A stretch of 32,000 nt of DNA from Xanthomonas campestris pv. campestris str. ATCC 33913 (lineage in GTDB: Bacteria > Pseudomonadota > Gammaproteobacteria > Xanthomonadales > Xanthomonadaceae). The position numbers were made by a program, and so were the translations under genes. Below the pieces are notes generated by a model, which worked only from the letters and a program-made list of their open reading frames with translations, was not told where the DNA came from and searched no databases. This document shows, in pieces, positions 29,190 through 32,000 of the stretch (position 1 is the stretch's first letter; the number at the start of each line of letters is the position of its first letter). Location: the NCBI RefSeq assembly GCF_000007145.1, contig NC_003902.1:1957436-1989435 (forward strand), in the 5' to 3' direction.

Positions 29190-29822
29190 ATGCCTTCCCG
29201 TAGTAAAAGCAGCCAGCGCTGGCTCAAGGAACACTTCGCCGACCCCTTCGTCAAAAAGGCCCAGGCCGAAGGCATGCGCTCGCGTGCCGCCTATAAACTG
29301 GAAGAGCTGCTGCAGCGCGACCGCCTGCTCAAGCCCGGCATGGTGGTGGTGGACCTGGGCGCGGCGCCGGGAGGGTGGTCTCAGCAGGTGCGCAAGTCGA
29401 TGGGGGCAAGCGGCCGGGTGGTGGCGCTGGACATCCTGGAGATGCCGCCGCTGGCCGGGGTGGAGTTCCTTCACGGCGACTTCAGGGAGCAGGCCGTCCT
29501 ATCGGAGTTCGAGGCCATGCTGGGCGATGTGCCGGTAGACCTTGTTCTGTCGGATATGGCCCCCAATAAGAGCGGTATGGATGCGGTCGACCAACCGCGG
29601 ATGATGCACCTGGCGGAACTGGCCATGGAATTTGCCGACACCCACCTCAAGGTAGGCGGGGCGTTCCTGATCAAGCTGTTCCAGGGTGTAGGGTCCGACG
29701 ACTACATTCGTGAGCTTCGCCGCCGCTATGAGAAGGTGACGATTCGCAAGCCGGCGGCCTCGCGAAAGCGCTCCGCGGAAGTTTATGTGCTCGGTCAGGG
29801 CAAGCGTGCCCAGATCAAGTAA
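29190..29822 (+). CDS. rlmE: 23S rRNA (uridine2552-2'-O)-methyltransferase RlmE (FtsJ)
   Basis: From ATG 29190: MPSRSKSSQRWLKEHFADPFVKKAQAEGMRSRAAYKLEEL...VVDLGAAPGGWSQ...SDMAPN.SG...KVR.KP.ASR.RS.E.Y. The family motifs are as listed and the length is 210 aa. Confidence 0.95.
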   Translation: MPSRSKSSQRWLKEHFADPFVKKAQAEGMRSRAAYKLEELLQRDRLLKPGMVVVDLGAAPGGWSQQVRKSMGASGRVVALDILEMPPLAGVEFLHGDFREQAVLSEFEAMLGDVPVDLVLSDMAPNKSGMDAVDQPRMMHLAELAMEFADTHLKVGGAFLIKLFQGVGSDDYIRELRRRYEKVTIRKPAASRKRSAEVYVLGQGKRAQIK

Positions 29823-29877
29823 GCTGCCTACGATGATTGTTTTTTCAAGAATAGAAGAGTAGAGGGCACCGGAGCCA

Positions 29878-31824
<1,947 letters not shown>

Positions 31825-31852
31825 CGCCTGGTGGTCAGCTGCATGAAACGCG

Positions 31853-31878
31853 CAAGGCCAGGAGCGATCCTGGCCTTG
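31853..31878 (+). terminator. Stem-loop terminator candidate after ftsH
   Basis: caaggccagga (31853-31863), loop gcga, then tcctggccttg (31868-31878): a perfect 11-bp stem. It is followed by ttgcattg, a weak T-tract, and lies 29 nt after the ftsH stop. Confidence 0.5.
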
Positions 31879-32000
31879 TTGCATTGTGGTGGATTGAATT
31901 GCCGGTCCAATGTCAGTGGCTCCTGCGCCACCGATGGCAAGTGCAGGGATGATGTGCAGAGGCCGATGCGCTGCGCGACAATGCCCGCCCCACGCCAGTG

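Overview
GC-rich, Xanthomonas-type (Xanthomonadaceae) chromosomal segment with strong GC3 bias, so the six-frame track is full of long spurious antisense ORFs. Most of the window is conserved housekeeping synteny. I call 33 protein genes: parE; pyrG-kdsA-(small membrane protein)-eno-ftsB-ispD-ispF-truD; smr; surE-pcm-yqaA-like-nlpD; a Mth938-like gene and yhbY, divergent from rlmE-ftsH. There is also a transport and metabolism block: an MFS transporter, an LLM flavin oxidoreductase, a PNPOx-like protein, ExoD, a CNNM/TlyC protein, DUF47-PiT, a DUF218 protein, an S10 peptidase and cdh. Several gene pairs have overlapping stop and start codons (ATGA). No rRNA, tRNA, CRISPR, transposase or integrase is visible. 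The only block that looks accessory is the left edge (1-3265). There a B12-binding radical SAM gene runs off the window and is divergent from an HPr-kinase-like P-loop protein plus a dedicated fused ABC exporter. This is a plausible but incomplete peptide or metabolite modification-export locus, and the window alone cannot show that it is novel. The remaining findings are non-coding structures: a tandem pair of about 210-bp composite palindromic repeats filling the pyrG-kdsA spacer, a REP-like palindrome and a separate 143-nt long hairpin after truD, and GGGAAT/AATCCCG heptamer arrays after nlpD.
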